A stretch of DNA of 64,000 nt from Botryllus schlosseri (lineage: Eukaryota), in NCBI GenBank assembly GCA_051294905.1, contig CM119382.1, forward strand, positions 26,040,001-26,104,000, given 5' to 3'. The position numbers and the translations under genes are program-made. Under the pieces are notes generated by a model. It made no database searches. It worked only from the letters and a program-made list of their open reading frames with translations, and was not told the DNA's origin. How positions within the stretch are numbered: position 1 is the first letter of the stretch; every line of letters begins with the position of its first letter. Shown here piece by piece: positions 20,451-33,778 of this stretch.

Positions 20451-21047
20451 TGTCTTCAATCTTTTCTATTTTATTCAGAACAATCGTCCATGCGTGAATT
20501 AAAGCTATACTCGGGATGAGCGTATATGCCGATTGGCAACATCTCGTTCTGCCATATTCTCAGAACCCAAAATAGGGACGATTTTTCTCGGCGTCAAGCT
20601 CGGTCGTTACGAGCAAGAAAGTTACAATGACAGACGTAGAAACGGGAAGTTCAAACAGATTCTTCGGGTCGCGAGAGAGTCGACCTTGATTTTAATCAAC
20701 ACATCGTCAGTAGCTTGCTAGGTATTGACATTTTTCGTCTTCGATGTCTGATCGCATAAAAATCTCGTTGAAAGCATTTGGCATGCGTTGTATGAATTTC
20801 GTATAAGTGCATCGTTTTCTGCATCCCGCATGTAGCCTTTATGTCGGGAATTTTGCGTTAAGATTGGTAAACCAACACCGATATTGTGGCGCGTCCGTAG
20901 AACATTGGTTGCTGTATGCCTTGCATGCCATACCACAATGCATTCTCCGTACATACATAATGAAACGATCCGTTTGTGAACTAAACATAAAATACGTGTA
21001 AACCTGTGCAATCTGTATCCATCGATGAAATGGCACGCGTACGGACG

Positions 21048-21120
21048 AGTTCCGTAGTGTAGTGGTTATCACGTCTGCTTAACACGCAGAAGGTCCTGGG
21101 TTCAAGCCCCAGCAGAACTA
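21048..21120 (+). tRNA. tRNA-Val-AAC: tRNA-Val(AAC), C6xA67
   Basis: Cloverleaf. Confidence 0.88.
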
Positions 21121-21877
21121 CTTTGACGCGTCTTCCTGTTCTATTTGGTAAAATCTCTGGATTATAATTTAAAGCTTTAAAACCAGGGATGTTCGTATAC
21201 ACCGTAGGAAAATTACTCCAGCATTCCTAAAACGATGGGAATATAATCCATTCCATTCGCATTTTAATTTAACGATTATTGATTAAATTAATTAGTTCGA
21301 CACGCACTGGAAGTCACGGCAATCATATGTGCTACAAAAGATCGAAATATCGTCCTCCGTCCTCCACAATGGCTAGTGCACACTCTTGATAATTACCGTT
21401 CCAATCCGTATCGTTGGGGTCCAATCCTAATCTCATATCTGAAATCTTTACGTGTTCCAATTTTAATCCTATTCTTATTTTTGGGCTTCCTGGAAAAGTT
21501 ACAGGAGAACTGTATCGTGGGAAACGGGCCAGGCTTGCTGTACCGACATTTGTCGTCGTCGTGCTTGTTGGAATGAACTCTGACTCGATATGAAATGTAC
21601 TTGCTTCAATTTCCAAGTTTCCCGAATTCAGTGATTTAATTCTAACCTAATCCGTAGAAAATTCCCATTCTAATGTAATTTGGAATATATGGAAGTTTGG
21701 TTCAACTCTGCTACTGCTATGCTGGAACGTGACGAAAAATTCCGATAAAATAGTACTTCTAATGGCCGGTAGGCTACCTACAATTATTTCCAAGTGCATG
21801 TTTTATAAAAAAAAAACGATATTATCGGTGAAGCGATAAGCGGTCTCGGGTCTCAAAAGAAATTCCGGCGTCAAAGC

Positions 21878-21894
21878 TGCCGCGACCCGGGATT

Positions 21895-21933
<39 letters not shown>

Positions 21934-21950
21934 GACTGAGCTATCGCGGC
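21878..21950 (-). tRNA. tRNA-Phe-GAA: tRNA-Phe(GAA)
   Basis: Intact cloverleaf. Confidence 0.94.
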
Positions 21951-21958
21951 GATTCAGG

Positions 21959-22032
21959 TGGCCAGTACGGGGCTCGAACCCGCGACATTCGCGTTATTAG
22001 CACGACGCTCTAACCAACTGAGCTAACCGGCC
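21959..22032 (-). tRNA. tRNA-Ile-AAT: tRNA-Ile(AAT)
   Basis: Intact cloverleaf. Confidence 0.94.
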
Positions 22033-23025
22033 CATATCTACCTCGACGGACCGTGGCGTCATAAACCAATAAATGATGTGGAAATTTCAAAAATGTTCCT
22101 TTTATTTGGTTTGAAGTGTTTGCAGTTTGTTGATGGAATGCCGGGAGATCGCTGTCACAGTACAATCTCGTTCGGACGTTCGGATCAACTTCGTTTACCA
22201 TACGCCAAACTCTATCATATAATTTCGCATTGGAAAAGTATCCTTAGTAGGTTCTACCCACGGGGTTCTTGAAGTATGGGTTGCGACTAGGGCTGAGCAA
22301 CATCGAGTACCTGAGTGATTCGATTCCGAATCACGTGATATGCTTCGAGTCGAGTATTCGAGTATCAATCATTATGACGTCACAACAAAATTTGATATGT
22401 CAAAGTTCAAATGCCTGATATCCATCATATTAAAGATACCCTTGTATTTCTTCGGCCGTACCAATTTCATTAAACTTTGTGACAATATTGTTGGTGGATG
22501 ATGATTTCGGAAATGCTTTTCAAGAAACGGTCGTAACTTTGCACTATATGTTTCGTACGCTGCGATACGCCCAATAAAGGTTTGAAATAAGAATCGAAAC
22601 CATAATTCTCGTTGATAAAATGAAATTCAGTAGCGAGGAGCGTATGATTTCTTTTCTTTTCGGACGTCACTGGGTTGGATGCAATAGCCAACAAGCGAGA
22701 CTTGCAGAAAAGTAGTTACAACAATATGGCACGATCATGAACAAACGTCGACTTTATTTTGCGCAAATTTGTTTGAATTCAAGATAAGATTTGTCCCACA
22801 ATGGATTCTCTGGAAAACACTGTCGGAGACTGCTCGGATGATTTACTCTAGTATGACCATTAAGCGCACGAAAAACGTTGGTTCGTGTATGTCCCGGACA
22901 GCCCACCGTATTTTCACAAGAGATGTGCTAAGCATACACATTCTGATAATCGGCTGGTAAATTCAGCATAGCATTATAAACCTGTTTAACTTGAGCACAT
23001 CGATGAATATGTGACGGTCGGTCCA

Positions 23026-23098
23026 AGTTCCGTAGTGTAGCGGTTATCACGTCTGCTTCACTCGCAGAAGGTCCTGGGTTCAAGCCCCAGCGGAACTA
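23026..23098 (+). tRNA. tRNA-Val-CAC: tRNA-Val(CAC), A37T
   Basis: Anticodon loop TTCACTC. Confidence 0.82.
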
Positions 23099-23695
23099 TG
23101 TCTTCAATCTTTTCTATTTTATTCAGAACAATCGTCCATGCGTGAATTAAAGCTATACTCGGGATGAGCGTATATGCCGATTGGCAACATCTCGTTCTGC
23201 CATATTCTCAGAACCCAAAATAGGGACGATTTTTCTCGGCGTCAAGCTCGGTCGTTACGAGCAAGAAAGTTACAATGACAGACGTAGAAACGGGAAGTTC
23301 AAACAGATTCTTCGGGTCGCGAGAGAGTCGACCTTGATTTTAATCAACACATCGTCAGTAGCTTGCTAGGTATTGACATTTTTCGTCTTCGATGTCTGAT
23401 CGCATAAAAATCTTGTTGAAAGCATTTGGCATGCGTTGTATGAATTTCGTATTAGTGCATCGTTTTCTACATCCCGCATGTAGCCTTTATGTCGGGAATT
23501 TTGCGTTAAGATTGGTAAACCAACACCGATATTGTGGCGCGTCCGTAGAACATTGGTCGCTGTATGCCTTGCATGCCATACCACAATGCATTCGCCGTAC
23601 ATACATAATGAAACGATCCGTTTGTGAACTAAACATAAAATACGTGTAAACCTGTGCAATCTGTAACCATCGATGAAATGGCACGCGTACGGACG

Positions 23696-23768
23696 AGTTC
23701 CGTAGTGTAGCGGTTATCACGTCTGCTTCACACGCAGAAGGTCCTGGGTTCAAGCCCCAGCGGAACTA
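23696..23768 (+). tRNA. tRNA-Val-CAC: tRNA-Val(CAC), chimeric (AAC-type 5' flank)
   Basis: Preceded by ...GTACGGACG; has C16, CAC and the CAC-type 3' flank. Confidence 0.92.
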
Positions 23769-24435
23769 TGTCTTCTATCTTTTCTATTTTATTCAGAACA
23801 ATCGTCCATGCGTGAATTAAAGCTATACTCGGGATGAGCGTATATGCCGATTGGCAACATCTCGTTATTCCCCTCTTACTCTCAAGCGTTCTTAATAATG
23901 ATCTGTGAACACACGGGCAATTGAGCTTGCGGAGGCCTGCCATATTCTCAGAACCCAAAATAGGGACGATTTTTCTCGGCGTCAAGCTCGGTCGTTACGA
24001 GCAAGAAAGTTACAATAGCAGACGTAGAAACGGGAAGTTCAAACAGATTCTTCGGGTCGCGAGAGAGTCGACCTTGATTTTAATCAACACATCGTCAGTA
24101 GCTTGCTAGGTATTGACATTTTTCGTCTTCGATGTCTGATCGCATAAAAATCTCGTTGAAAGCATTTGGCATGCGTTGTATGAATTTCGTATTAGTGCAT
24201 CGTTTTCTACATCCCGCATGTAGCCTTTATGTCGGGAATTTTGCGTTAAGATTGGTAAACCAACACCGATATTGTGGTGCGTCCGTAGAACATTGGTCGC
24301 TGTATGCCTTGCATGCCATACCACAATGCATTCGCCGTACATACATAATGAAATGATCCGTTTGTGAACTAAACATAAAATACGTGTAAACCTGTGCAAT
24401 CTGTATCCATCGATGAAATGGCACGCGTACGGACG

Positions 24436-24508
24436 AGTTCCGTAGTGTAGTGGTTATCACGTCTGCTTAACACGCAGAAGGTCCTGGGTTCAAGCCCCAG
24501 CAGAACTA
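24436..24508 (+). tRNA. tRNA-Val-AAC: tRNA-Val(AAC), C6xA67
   Basis: Cloverleaf. Confidence 0.88.
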
Positions 24509-25265
24509 CTTTGACGCGTCTTCCTGTTCTATTTGGTAAAATCTCTGGATTATAAATTAAAGCTTTAAAACCAGGGATGTTCGTATACACCGTAGGAAAA
24601 TTACTCCAGCATTCCTAAAACGATGGGAATATAATCCATTCCATTCGCATTTTAATTTAACGATTATTGATTGAATTAATTAGTTCGACACGCACTGGAA
24701 GTCACGGCAATCATATGTGCTACAAAAGATCGAAATATCGTCCTCCGTCCTCCACAATGGCTAGTGCACACTCTTGATAATTAACGTTCCAATCCGTATC
24801 GTTGGGGTCCAATCCTAATCTCATATCTGAAATCTTTACGTGTTCCAATTTTAATCCTATTCTCATTTTTGGGCTTCCTGGAAAAGTTACAGGAGAACTG
24901 TATCGTGGGAAACGGGCCAGGCTTGCTGTACCGACATTTGTCGTCGTCGTGCTTGTTGGAATGAACTCTGACTCGATATGAAATGTACTTGCTTCAATTT
25001 CCAAGTTTCCCGAATTCAGTGATTTAATTCTAACCTAATCCGTAGAAAATTCCCATTCTAATGTAATTTGGAATATATGGAAGTTTGGTTCAACTCTGCT
25101 ACTGCTATGCTGGAACGTGACGAAAAATTCCGATAAAATAGTACTTCTAATGGCCGGTAGGCTACCTACAATTATTTCCAAGTGCATGTTTTATAAAAAA
25201 AAACCGATATTATCGGTGAAGCGATAAGCGGTCTCGGGTCTCAAAAGAAATTCCGGCGTCAAAGC

Positions 25266-25282
25266 TGCCGCGACCCGGGATT

Positions 25283-25321
<39 letters not shown>

Positions 25322-25338
25322 GACTGAGCTATCGCGGC
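25266..25338 (-). tRNA. tRNA-Phe-GAA: tRNA-Phe(GAA)
   Basis: Intact cloverleaf. Confidence 0.94.
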
Positions 25339-25346
25339 GATTCAGG

Positions 25347-25420
25347 TGGCCAGTACGGGGCTCGAACCCGCGACATTCGCGTTATTAGCACGACGCTCTA
25401 ACCAACTGAGCTAACCGGCC
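25347..25420 (-). tRNA. tRNA-Ile-AAT: tRNA-Ile(AAT)
   Basis: Intact cloverleaf. Confidence 0.94.
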
Positions 25421-26417
25421 CATATCTACCTCGACGGACCGTGGCGTCATAAACCAATAAATGACGTGGAAATTTCAAAAATGTTCCTTTTATTTGGTTT
25501 GAAGTGTTTGCAGTTTGTTGATGGAATGCCGGGAGATCGCTGTCACAGTACAATCTCGTTCGGACGTTCGGATCAACTTCGTTTACCATACGCCAAACTC
25601 TATCATGTCCAGAGGTTCGCATTGGAAAACTATCCTTAGTAGGTTCTACCCACGGGGTTCTTGAAGTATGGGTTGCGACTAGGGCTGAGCAACATCGAGT
25701 ACCTGGGTGATTCGATTCCGAATCACGTGATATGCTTCGAGTCGAGTATTCGAGTATCAATCATTATGACGTCACAACAAAATTTGATATGTCAAAGTTC
25801 AAATGCCTGATATCCATCATATTAAAGATACCCTTGTATTTCTTCGGCCGTACCAATTTCATTAAACTTTGTGACAATATTGTTGGTGGATGATGATTTC
25901 GGAAATGCTTTTCAAGAAACGGTCGTAACTTTGCACTATATGTTTCGTACGCTGCGATACGCCCAATAAAGGTTTGAAATAAGAATCGAAACCATAATTC
26001 TCGTTGATAAAATTAAATTCAGTAGCGAGGAGCGTATGATTTCTTTTCTTTTCGGACGTCACTGGGTTGGATGCAATAGCCAATAAGCGAGACTTGCAGA
26101 AAAGTAGTTACAACAATATGGCACGATCATGAACAAACGTCGACTTTATGTTGCGCAAATTTGTTTGAATTCAAGATAAGATTTGTCCCACAATGGATTC
26201 TCTGGAAAACACTGTCGGAGACTGCTCGGATGATTTACTCTAGTATGACCATTAAGCGCACGAAAAACGTTGGTTTGTGTATGTCCCGGACAGCCCCCCG
26301 TATTTTCACAAGGGATGTGCTAAGCATACACATTCTGATAATCGGCTGGTAAATTCAGCAGAGCATTATAAACCTGTTTAACTTGAGCACATCGATGAAT
26401 ATGTGACGGTCGGTCCA

Positions 26418-26490
26418 AGATCCGTAGTGTAGCGGTTATCACGTCTGCTTCACACGCAGAAGGTCCTGGGTTCAAGCGCCAGCGGAACTA
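26418..26490 (+). tRNA. tRNA-Val-CAC: tRNA-Val(CAC), T3A + C61G (probably non-functional)
   Basis: AGATCCG 5' strand; AAGCGCCAG. Confidence 0.7.
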
Positions 26491-27087
26491 TGTCTTCTAT
26501 CTTTTCTATTTTATTCAGAACAATCGTCCATGCGTGAATTGAAGCTATACTCGGAATGAGCGTATATGCCGATTGGCAACATCTCGTTCTGCCATATTCT
26601 CAGAACCCAAAATAGGGACGATTTTTCTCGGCGTCAAGCTCGGTCGTTACGAGCAAGAAAGTTACAATAGCAGACGTAGAAACGGGAAGTTCAAACAGAT
26701 TCTTCGGGTCGCGAGAGAGTCGACCTTGATTTTAATCAACACATCGCCAGTAGCTTGCTAGGTATTGACATTTTTCGTCTTCGATGTCTGATCGCATAAA
26801 AATCTCGTTGAAAGCATTTCGCATGCGTTGTATGAATTTCGTATTAGTGCATCGTTTTCTACATCCCGCATGTAGCCTTTATGTCGGGAATTTTGCGTTA
26901 AGATTGGTAAACCAACACCGATATTGTGGCGCGTCCGTAGAACATTGGTCGCTGTATGCCTTGCATGCCATACCACAATGCATTCGCCGTACATACATAA
27001 TGAAACGATCCGTTTGTGAACTAAACATAAAATACGTGTAAACCTGTGCAATCTGTATCCATCGATGAAATGGCACGCGTACGGACG

Positions 27088-27160
27088 AGTTCCGCAGTGT
27101 AGTGGTTATCACGTCTGCTTAACACGCAGAAGGTCCTGGGTTCAAGCCCCAGCGGGACTA
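27088..27160 (+). tRNA. tRNA-Val-AAC: tRNA-Val(AAC), T8C + A69G, chimeric (CAC-type 3' flank)
   Basis: CCGCAGTG; followed by TCTCTTCAATCTTTT. Confidence 0.75.
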
Positions 27161-27757
27161 TCTCTTCAATCTTTTCTATTTTATTCAGAACAATCGTCCA
27201 TGCGTGAATTAAAGCTATACTCGGGATGAGCGTATATGCCGATTGGCAACATCTCGTTCTGCCATATTCTCAGAACCCAAAATAGGGACGATTTTTCTCG
27301 GCGTCAAGCTCGGTCGTTACGAGCAAGAAAGTTACAATGACAGACGTAGAAACGGGAAGTTCAAACAGATTCTTCGGGTCGCGAGAGAGTCGACCTTGAT
27401 TTTAATCAACACATCGTCAGTAGCTTGCTAGGTATTGACATTTTTCGTCTTCGATGTCTGATCGCATGAAAATCTCGTTGAAAGCATTTGGCATGCGTTG
27501 TATGAATTTCGTATAAGTGCATCGTTTTCTACATCCCGCATGTAGCCTTTATGTCGGGAATTTTGCGTTAAGATTGGTGAACCAACACCGATATTGTGGC
27601 GCGTCCGTAGAACATTGGTCGCTGTATGCCTTGCATGCCATACCACAATGCATTCGCCGTACGTACATAATGAAACGATCCGTTTGTGAACTAAACATAA
27701 AATACGTGTAAACCTGTGCAATCTGTATCCATCGATGAAATGGCACGCGTACGGACG

Positions 27758-27830
27758 AGTTCCGTAGTGTAGTGGTTATCACGTCTGCTTAACACGCAGA
27801 AGGTCCTGGGTTCAAGCCCCGGCGGAGCTA
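27758..27830 (+). tRNA. tRNA-Val-AAC: tRNA-Val(AAC), A64G + A70G wobble variant
   Basis: ...CCCCGGCGGAGCTA. Confidence 0.87.
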
Positions 27831-28587
27831 CTTTGACGCGTCTTCCTGTTCTATTTGGTAAAATCTCTGGATTATATATTAAAGCTTTAAAACCAGGGAT
27901 GTTCGTATACACCGTAGGAAAATTACTCCAGCATTCCTAAAACGATGGGAATATAATCCATTCCATTCGCATTTTAATTTAACGATTATTGATTAAATTA
28001 ATTAGTTCGACACGCACTGGAAGTCACGGCAATCATATGTGCTACAAAAGATCGAAATATCGTCCTCCGTCATCCACAATGGCTAGTGCACACTCTTGAT
28101 AATTGACGTTCCAATCCGTATCGTTGGGGTCCAATCCTAATCTCATATCTGAAATCTTTACGTGTTCCAATTTTAATCCTATTCTCATTTTTGGGCTTCC
28201 TGGAAAAGTTACAGGAGAACTGTATCGTGGGAAACGGGCCAGGCTTGCTGTACCGACATTTGTCGTCGTCGTGCTTGTTGGAATGAACTCTGACTCGATA
28301 TGAAATGTACTTGCTTCAATTTCCAAGTTTCCCGAATTCAGTGATTTAATTCTTACCTAATCCGTAGAAAATTCCCATTCTAATGTAATTTGGAATATAT
28401 GGAAGTTTGGTTCAACTCTGCTACTGCTATGCTGGAACGTGACGAAAAATTACGATAAAATAGTACTTCTAATGGCCGGTAGGCTACCTACAATTATTTC
28501 CAAGTGCATGTTTTATAAAAAATCTCCGATATTATCGGTGAAGCGATAAGCGGTCTCGGGTCTCAAAAGAAATTCCGGCGTCAAAGC

Positions 28588-28604
28588 TGCCGCGACCCGG
28601 GATT

Positions 28605-28643
<39 letters not shown>

Positions 28644-28660
28644 GACTGAGCTATCGCGGC
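28588..28660 (-). tRNA. tRNA-Phe-GAA: tRNA-Phe(GAA)
   Basis: Intact cloverleaf. Confidence 0.94.
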
Positions 28661-28668
28661 GATTCAGG

Positions 28669-28742
28669 TGGCCAGTACGGGGCTCGAACCCGCGACATTC
28701 GCGTTATTAGCACGACGCTCTAACCAACTGAGCTAACCGGCC
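28669..28742 (-). tRNA. tRNA-Ile-AAT: tRNA-Ile(AAT)
   Basis: Intact cloverleaf. Confidence 0.94.
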
Positions 28743-29739
28743 CATATCTACTTCGACGGACCGTGGCGTCATAAACCAATAAATGACGTGGAAATTTCAA
28801 AAATGTTCCTTTTATTTGGTTTGAAGTGTTTGCAGTTTGTTGATGGAATGCCGGGAGATCGCTGTCACAGTACAATCTCGTTCGGACGTTCGGATCAACT
28901 TCGTTTACCATACGCCAAACTCTATCATGTCCAGAGGTTCGCATTGGAAAACTATCCTTAGTAGGTTCTACCCACGGGGTTCTTGAAGTATGGGTTGCGA
29001 CTACGGCTGAGCAACATCGAGTACCTGAGTGATTCGATTCCGAATCACGTGATATGCTTCGAGTCGAGTATTCGAGTATCAATCATTATGACGTCACAAC
29101 AAAATTTGATATGTCAAAGTTCAAATGCCTGATATCCATCATATTAAAGATACCCTGGTATTTCTTCGACCGTACCAATTTCATTAAACTTTGTGACAAT
29201 ATTGTTGGTGGATGATGATTTCGGAAATGCTTTTCAAGAAACGGTCGTAACTTTGCACTACATGTTTCGTACGTTGCGATACGCCCAATAAAGGTTTGAA
29301 ATAAGAATCGAAACCATGATTCTCGTTGATAAAATTAAATTCAGTAGCGAGGAGCGTATGATTTCTTTTCTTTTCGGACGTCACTGGGTTGGATGCAATA
29401 GCCAATAAGCGAGACATGCAGAAAAGTAGTTACAACAATATGGCACGATCATGAACAAACGTCGACTTTATGTTGCGCAAATTTGTTTGAATTCAAGATA
29501 AGATTTGTCCCACGATGGATTCTCTGGAAAACACTGTCGGAGACTGCTCGGATGATTTACTCTAGTATGACCGTTAAGCGCACGAAAAACGTTGGTTCGT
29601 GTATGTCCCGGAAAGCCCACCGTATTTTCACAAGGGATGTGCTAAGCATACACATTCTGATAATCGGCTGGTAAACTCAGCAGAGCATTATAAACCTGTT
29701 TAACTTGAGCACATCGATGAATATGTGACGGTCGGTCCA

Positions 29740-29812
29740 AGTTCCGTAGTGTAGTGGTTATCACGTCTGCTTAACACGCAGAAGGTCCTGGGTTCAAGCC
29801 CCAGCGGAACTA
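29740..29812 (+). tRNA. tRNA-Val-AAC: tRNA-Val(AAC), chimeric (CAC-type 5' flank), short unit
   Basis: Preceded by ...GGTCGGTCCA; T16, AAC, fully paired acceptor. Confidence 0.93.
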
Positions 29813-30570
29813 CTTTGACGCGTCTTCCTGTTCTATTTGGTAAAATCTCTGGATTATATATTAAAGCTTTAAAACCAGGGATGTTCGTATACACCGTAGG
29901 AAAATTACTCCAGCATTCCTAAAACGATGGGAATATAATCCATTCCATTCGCATTTTAATTTAACGATTATTGATTAAATTAATTAGTTCGACACGCACT
30001 GGAAGTCACGGCAATCATATGTGCTACAAAAGATCGAAATATCGTCCTCTGTCCTCCACAATGGCTAGTGCACACTCTTGATAATTGACGTTCCAATCCG
30101 TATCGTTGGGGTCCAATCCTAATCTCATATCTGAAATCTTTACGTGTTCCAATTTTAATCCTATTCTCATTTTTGGGCTTCCTGGAAAAGTTACAGGAGA
30201 ACTGTATCGTGGGAAACGGGCCAGGCTTGCTGTACCGACATTTGTCGTCGTCGTGCTTGTTGGAATGAACTCTGACTCGATATGAAATGTACTTGCTTCA
30301 ATTTCCAAGTTTCCCGAATTCAGTGATTTAATTCTTACCTAATCCGTAGAAAATTCCCATTCTAATGTAATTTGGAATATATGGAAGTTTGGTTCAACTC
30401 TGCTACTGCTATGCTGGAACGTGACGAAATATTCCGATAAAATAGTACTTCTAATGGCCGGTAGGCTACCTACAATTATTTCCAAGTGCATGTTTTATAA
30501 AAAAAACTCCGATATTATCGGTGAAGCGATAAGCGGTCTCGGGTCTCAAAAGAAATTCCGGCGTCAAAGC

Positions 30571-30594
30571 TGCCGCGACCCGGGATTGAACCAC

Positions 30595-30626
<32 letters not shown>

Positions 30627-30643
30627 GACTGAGCTATCGCGGC
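30571..30643 (-). tRNA. tRNA-Phe-GAA: tRNA-Phe(GAA), C50G
   Basis: G50xG64 T-stem mismatch. Confidence 0.8.
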
Positions 30644-30651
30644 GATTGAGG

Positions 30652-30725
30652 TGGCCAGTACGGGGCTCGAACCCGCGACATTCGCGTTATTAGCACGACG
30701 CTCTAACCAACTGAGCTAACCGGCC
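30652..30725 (-). tRNA. tRNA-Ile-AAT: tRNA-Ile(AAT)
   Basis: Intact cloverleaf. Confidence 0.94.
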
Positions 30726-31722
30726 CATATCTACTTCGACGGACCGTGGCGTCATAAACCAATAAATGACGTGGAAATTTCAAAAATGTTCCTTTTATTT
30801 GGTTTGAAGTGTTTGCAGTTTGTTGATGGAATGCCGGGAGATCGCTGTCACAGTACAATCTCGTTCGGACGTTCGGATCAACTTCGTTTACCATACGCCA
30901 AACTCTATCATGTCCAGAGGTTCGCATTGGAAAACTATCCTTAGTAGGTTCTACCCACGGGGTTCTTGAAGTATGGGTTGCGACTAGGGCTGAGCAACAT
31001 CGAGTACCTGAGTGATTCGATTCCGAATCACGTGATATGCTTCGAGTCGAGTATTCGAGTATCAATCATTATGACGTCACAACAAAATTTGATATGTCAA
31101 AGTTCAAATGCCTGATATCGATCATATTAAAGATACCCTTGTACTTCTTCGGCCGTACCAATTTCATTAAACTTTGTGACAATATTGTTGGTGGATGATG
31201 ATTTCGGAAATGCTTTTCAAGAAACGGTCGTAACTTTGCACTATATGTTTCGTACGCTGCGATACGCCCAATAAAGGTTTGAAATAAGAATCGAAACCAT
31301 AATTCTCGTTGATAAAATTAAATTCAGTAGCGAGGAGCGTAGGATTTCTTTTCTTTTCGGACGTCACTGGGTTGGATGCAATAGCCAATAAGCGAGACTG
31401 GCAGAAAAGTAGTTACAACAATATGGCACGATCATGAACAAACGTCGACTTTATGTTGCGCAAATTTGTTTGAATTCAAGATAAGATTTGTCCCACGATG
31501 GATTCTCTGGAAAACACTGTCGGAGACTGCTCGGATGATTTACTCTAGTATGACCGTTAAGCGCACGAAAAACGTTGGTTCGTGTATGTCCCGGACAGCC
31601 CACCGTATTTTCACAAGGGATGTGCTAAGCATACACATTCTGATAATCGGCTGGTAAACTCAGCAGAGCATTATAAACCTGTTTAACTTGAGCACATCGA
31701 TGAATATGTGACGGTCGGTCCA

Positions 31723-31795
31723 AGTTCCGTAGTGTAGTGGTTATCACGTCTGCTTAACACGCAGAAGGTCCTGGGTTCAAGCCCCAGCGGAACTA
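31723..31795 (+). tRNA. tRNA-Val-AAC: tRNA-Val(AAC), chimeric, short unit
   Basis: CAC-type 5' flank; intact cloverleaf. Confidence 0.93.
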
Positions 31796-32553
31796 CTTTG
31801 ACGCGTCTTCCTGTTCTATTTGGTAAAATCTCTGGATTATATATTAAAGCTTTAAAACCAGGGATGTTCGTATACACCGTAGGAATATTACTCCAGCATT
31901 CCTAAAACGATGGGAATATAATCCATTCCATTCGCATTTTAATTTAACGATTATTGATTAAATTAATTAGTTCGACACGCACTGGAAGTCACGGCAATCA
32001 TATGTGCTACAAAAGATCGAAATATCGTCCTCCGTCCTCCACAATGGCTAGTGCACACTCTTGCTAATTGACGTTCCAATCCGTATCGTTGGGGTCCAAT
32101 CCTAATCTCATATCTGAAATCTTTACGTGTTCCAATTTTAATCCTATTCTCATTTTTGGGCTTCCTGGAAAAGTTACAGGAGAACTGTATCGTGGGAAAC
32201 GGGCCAGGCTTGCTGTACCGACATTTGTCGTCGTCGTGCTTGTTGGAATGAACTCTGACTCGATATGAAATGTACTTGCTTCAATTTCCAAGTTTCCCGA
32301 ATTCAGTGATTTAATTCTTACCTAATCCGTAGAAAATTCCCATTCTAATGTAATTTGGAATATATGGAAGTTTGGTTCAACTCTGCTACTGCTATGCTGG
32401 AACGTGACGAAAAATTCCGATAAAATAGTACTTCTAATGGCCGGTAGGCTACCTACAATTATTTCCAAGTGCATGTTTTATAAAAAAAACTCCGATATTA
32501 TCGGTGAAGCGATAAGCGGTCTCGGGTCTCAAAAGAAATTCCGGCGTCAAAGC

Positions 32554-32570
32554 TGCCGCGACCCGGGATT

Positions 32571-32609
<39 letters not shown>

Positions 32610-32626
32610 GACTGAGCTATCGCGGC
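32554..32626 (-). tRNA. tRNA-Phe-GAA: tRNA-Phe(GAA)
   Basis: Intact cloverleaf. Confidence 0.94.
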
Positions 32627-32634
32627 GATTCAGG

Positions 32635-32708
32635 TGGCCAGTACGGGGCTCGAACCCGCGACATTCGCGTTATTAGCACGACGCTCTAACCAACTGAGCT
32701 AACCGGCC
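32635..32708 (-). tRNA. tRNA-Ile-AAT: tRNA-Ile(AAT)
   Basis: Intact cloverleaf. Confidence 0.94.
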
Positions 32709-33705
32709 CATATCTACTTCGACGGACCGTGGCGTCATAAACCAATAAATGACGTGGAAATTTCAAAAATGTTCCTTTTATTTGGTTTGAAGTGTTTGCA
32801 GTTTGTTGATGGAATGCCGGGAGATCGCTGTCACAGTACAATCTCGTTCGGACGTTCGGATCAACTTCGTTTACCATACGCCAAACTCTATCATGTCCAG
32901 AGGTTCGCATTGGAAAACTATCCTTAGTAGGTTCTACCCACGGGGTTCTTGAAGTATGGGTTGCGACTAGGGCTGAGCAACATCGAGTACCTGAGTGATT
33001 CGATTCCGAATCACGTGATATCCTTCGAGTCGAGTATTCGAGTATCAATCATTATGACGTCACAACAAAATTTGATATGTCAAAGTTCAAATGCCTGATA
33101 TCGATCATATTAAAGATACCCTTGTATTTCTTCGGCCGTACCAATTTCATTAAACTTTGTGACAATATTGTTGGTGGATGATGATTTCGGAAATGCTTTT
33201 CAAGAAACGGTCGTAACTTTGCACTATATGTTTCGTACGCTGCGATACGCCCAATAAAGGTTTGAAATAAGAATCGAAACCATAATTCTCGTTGATAAAA
33301 TTAAATTCAGTAGCGAGGAGCGTAGGATTTCTTTTCTTTTCGGACGTCACTGGGTTGGATGCAATAGCCAATAAGCGAGACTTGCAGAAAAGTAGTTACA
33401 ACAATATGGCACGATCATGAACAAACGTCGACTTTATGTTGCGCAAATTTGTTTGAATTCAAGATAAGATTTGTCCCACGATGGATTCTCTGGAAAACAC
33501 TGTCGGAGACTGCTCGGATGATTTACTCTAGTATGACCATTAAGCGCACGAAAAACGTTGGTTCGTGTATGTCCCGGACAGCCCACCGTATTTTCACAAG
33601 GGATGTGCTAAGCATACACATTCTGATAATCGGCTGGTAAATTCAGCAGAGCATTATAAACCTGTTTAACTTGAGCACATCGATGAATATGTGACGGTCG
33701 GTCCA

Positions 33706-33778
33706 AGTTCCGTAGTGTAGCGGTTATCACGTCTGCTTCACACGCAGAAGGTCCTGGGTTCAAGCCCCAGCGGAACTA
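33706..33778 (+). tRNA. tRNA-Val-CAC: tRNA-Val(CAC)
   Basis: Intact cloverleaf. Confidence 0.93.

Larger units (their letters stand above)
18900..31500. repeat. About 12.6-kb block duplicated at about 47.1-59.7 kb (offset 28,170; 28,182 before the 12-bp Ile deletion)
   Basis: Same unit-length series (2648, 3392, 3322, 1983) and same diagnostic variants; boundaries approximate. Confidence 0.88.

Noticed and set aside
27758-27830. U3-G70 as an alanine mischarging signal
   Set aside because: AlaRS needs G3-U70; the orientation here is reversed, so it is kept only as a minor variant
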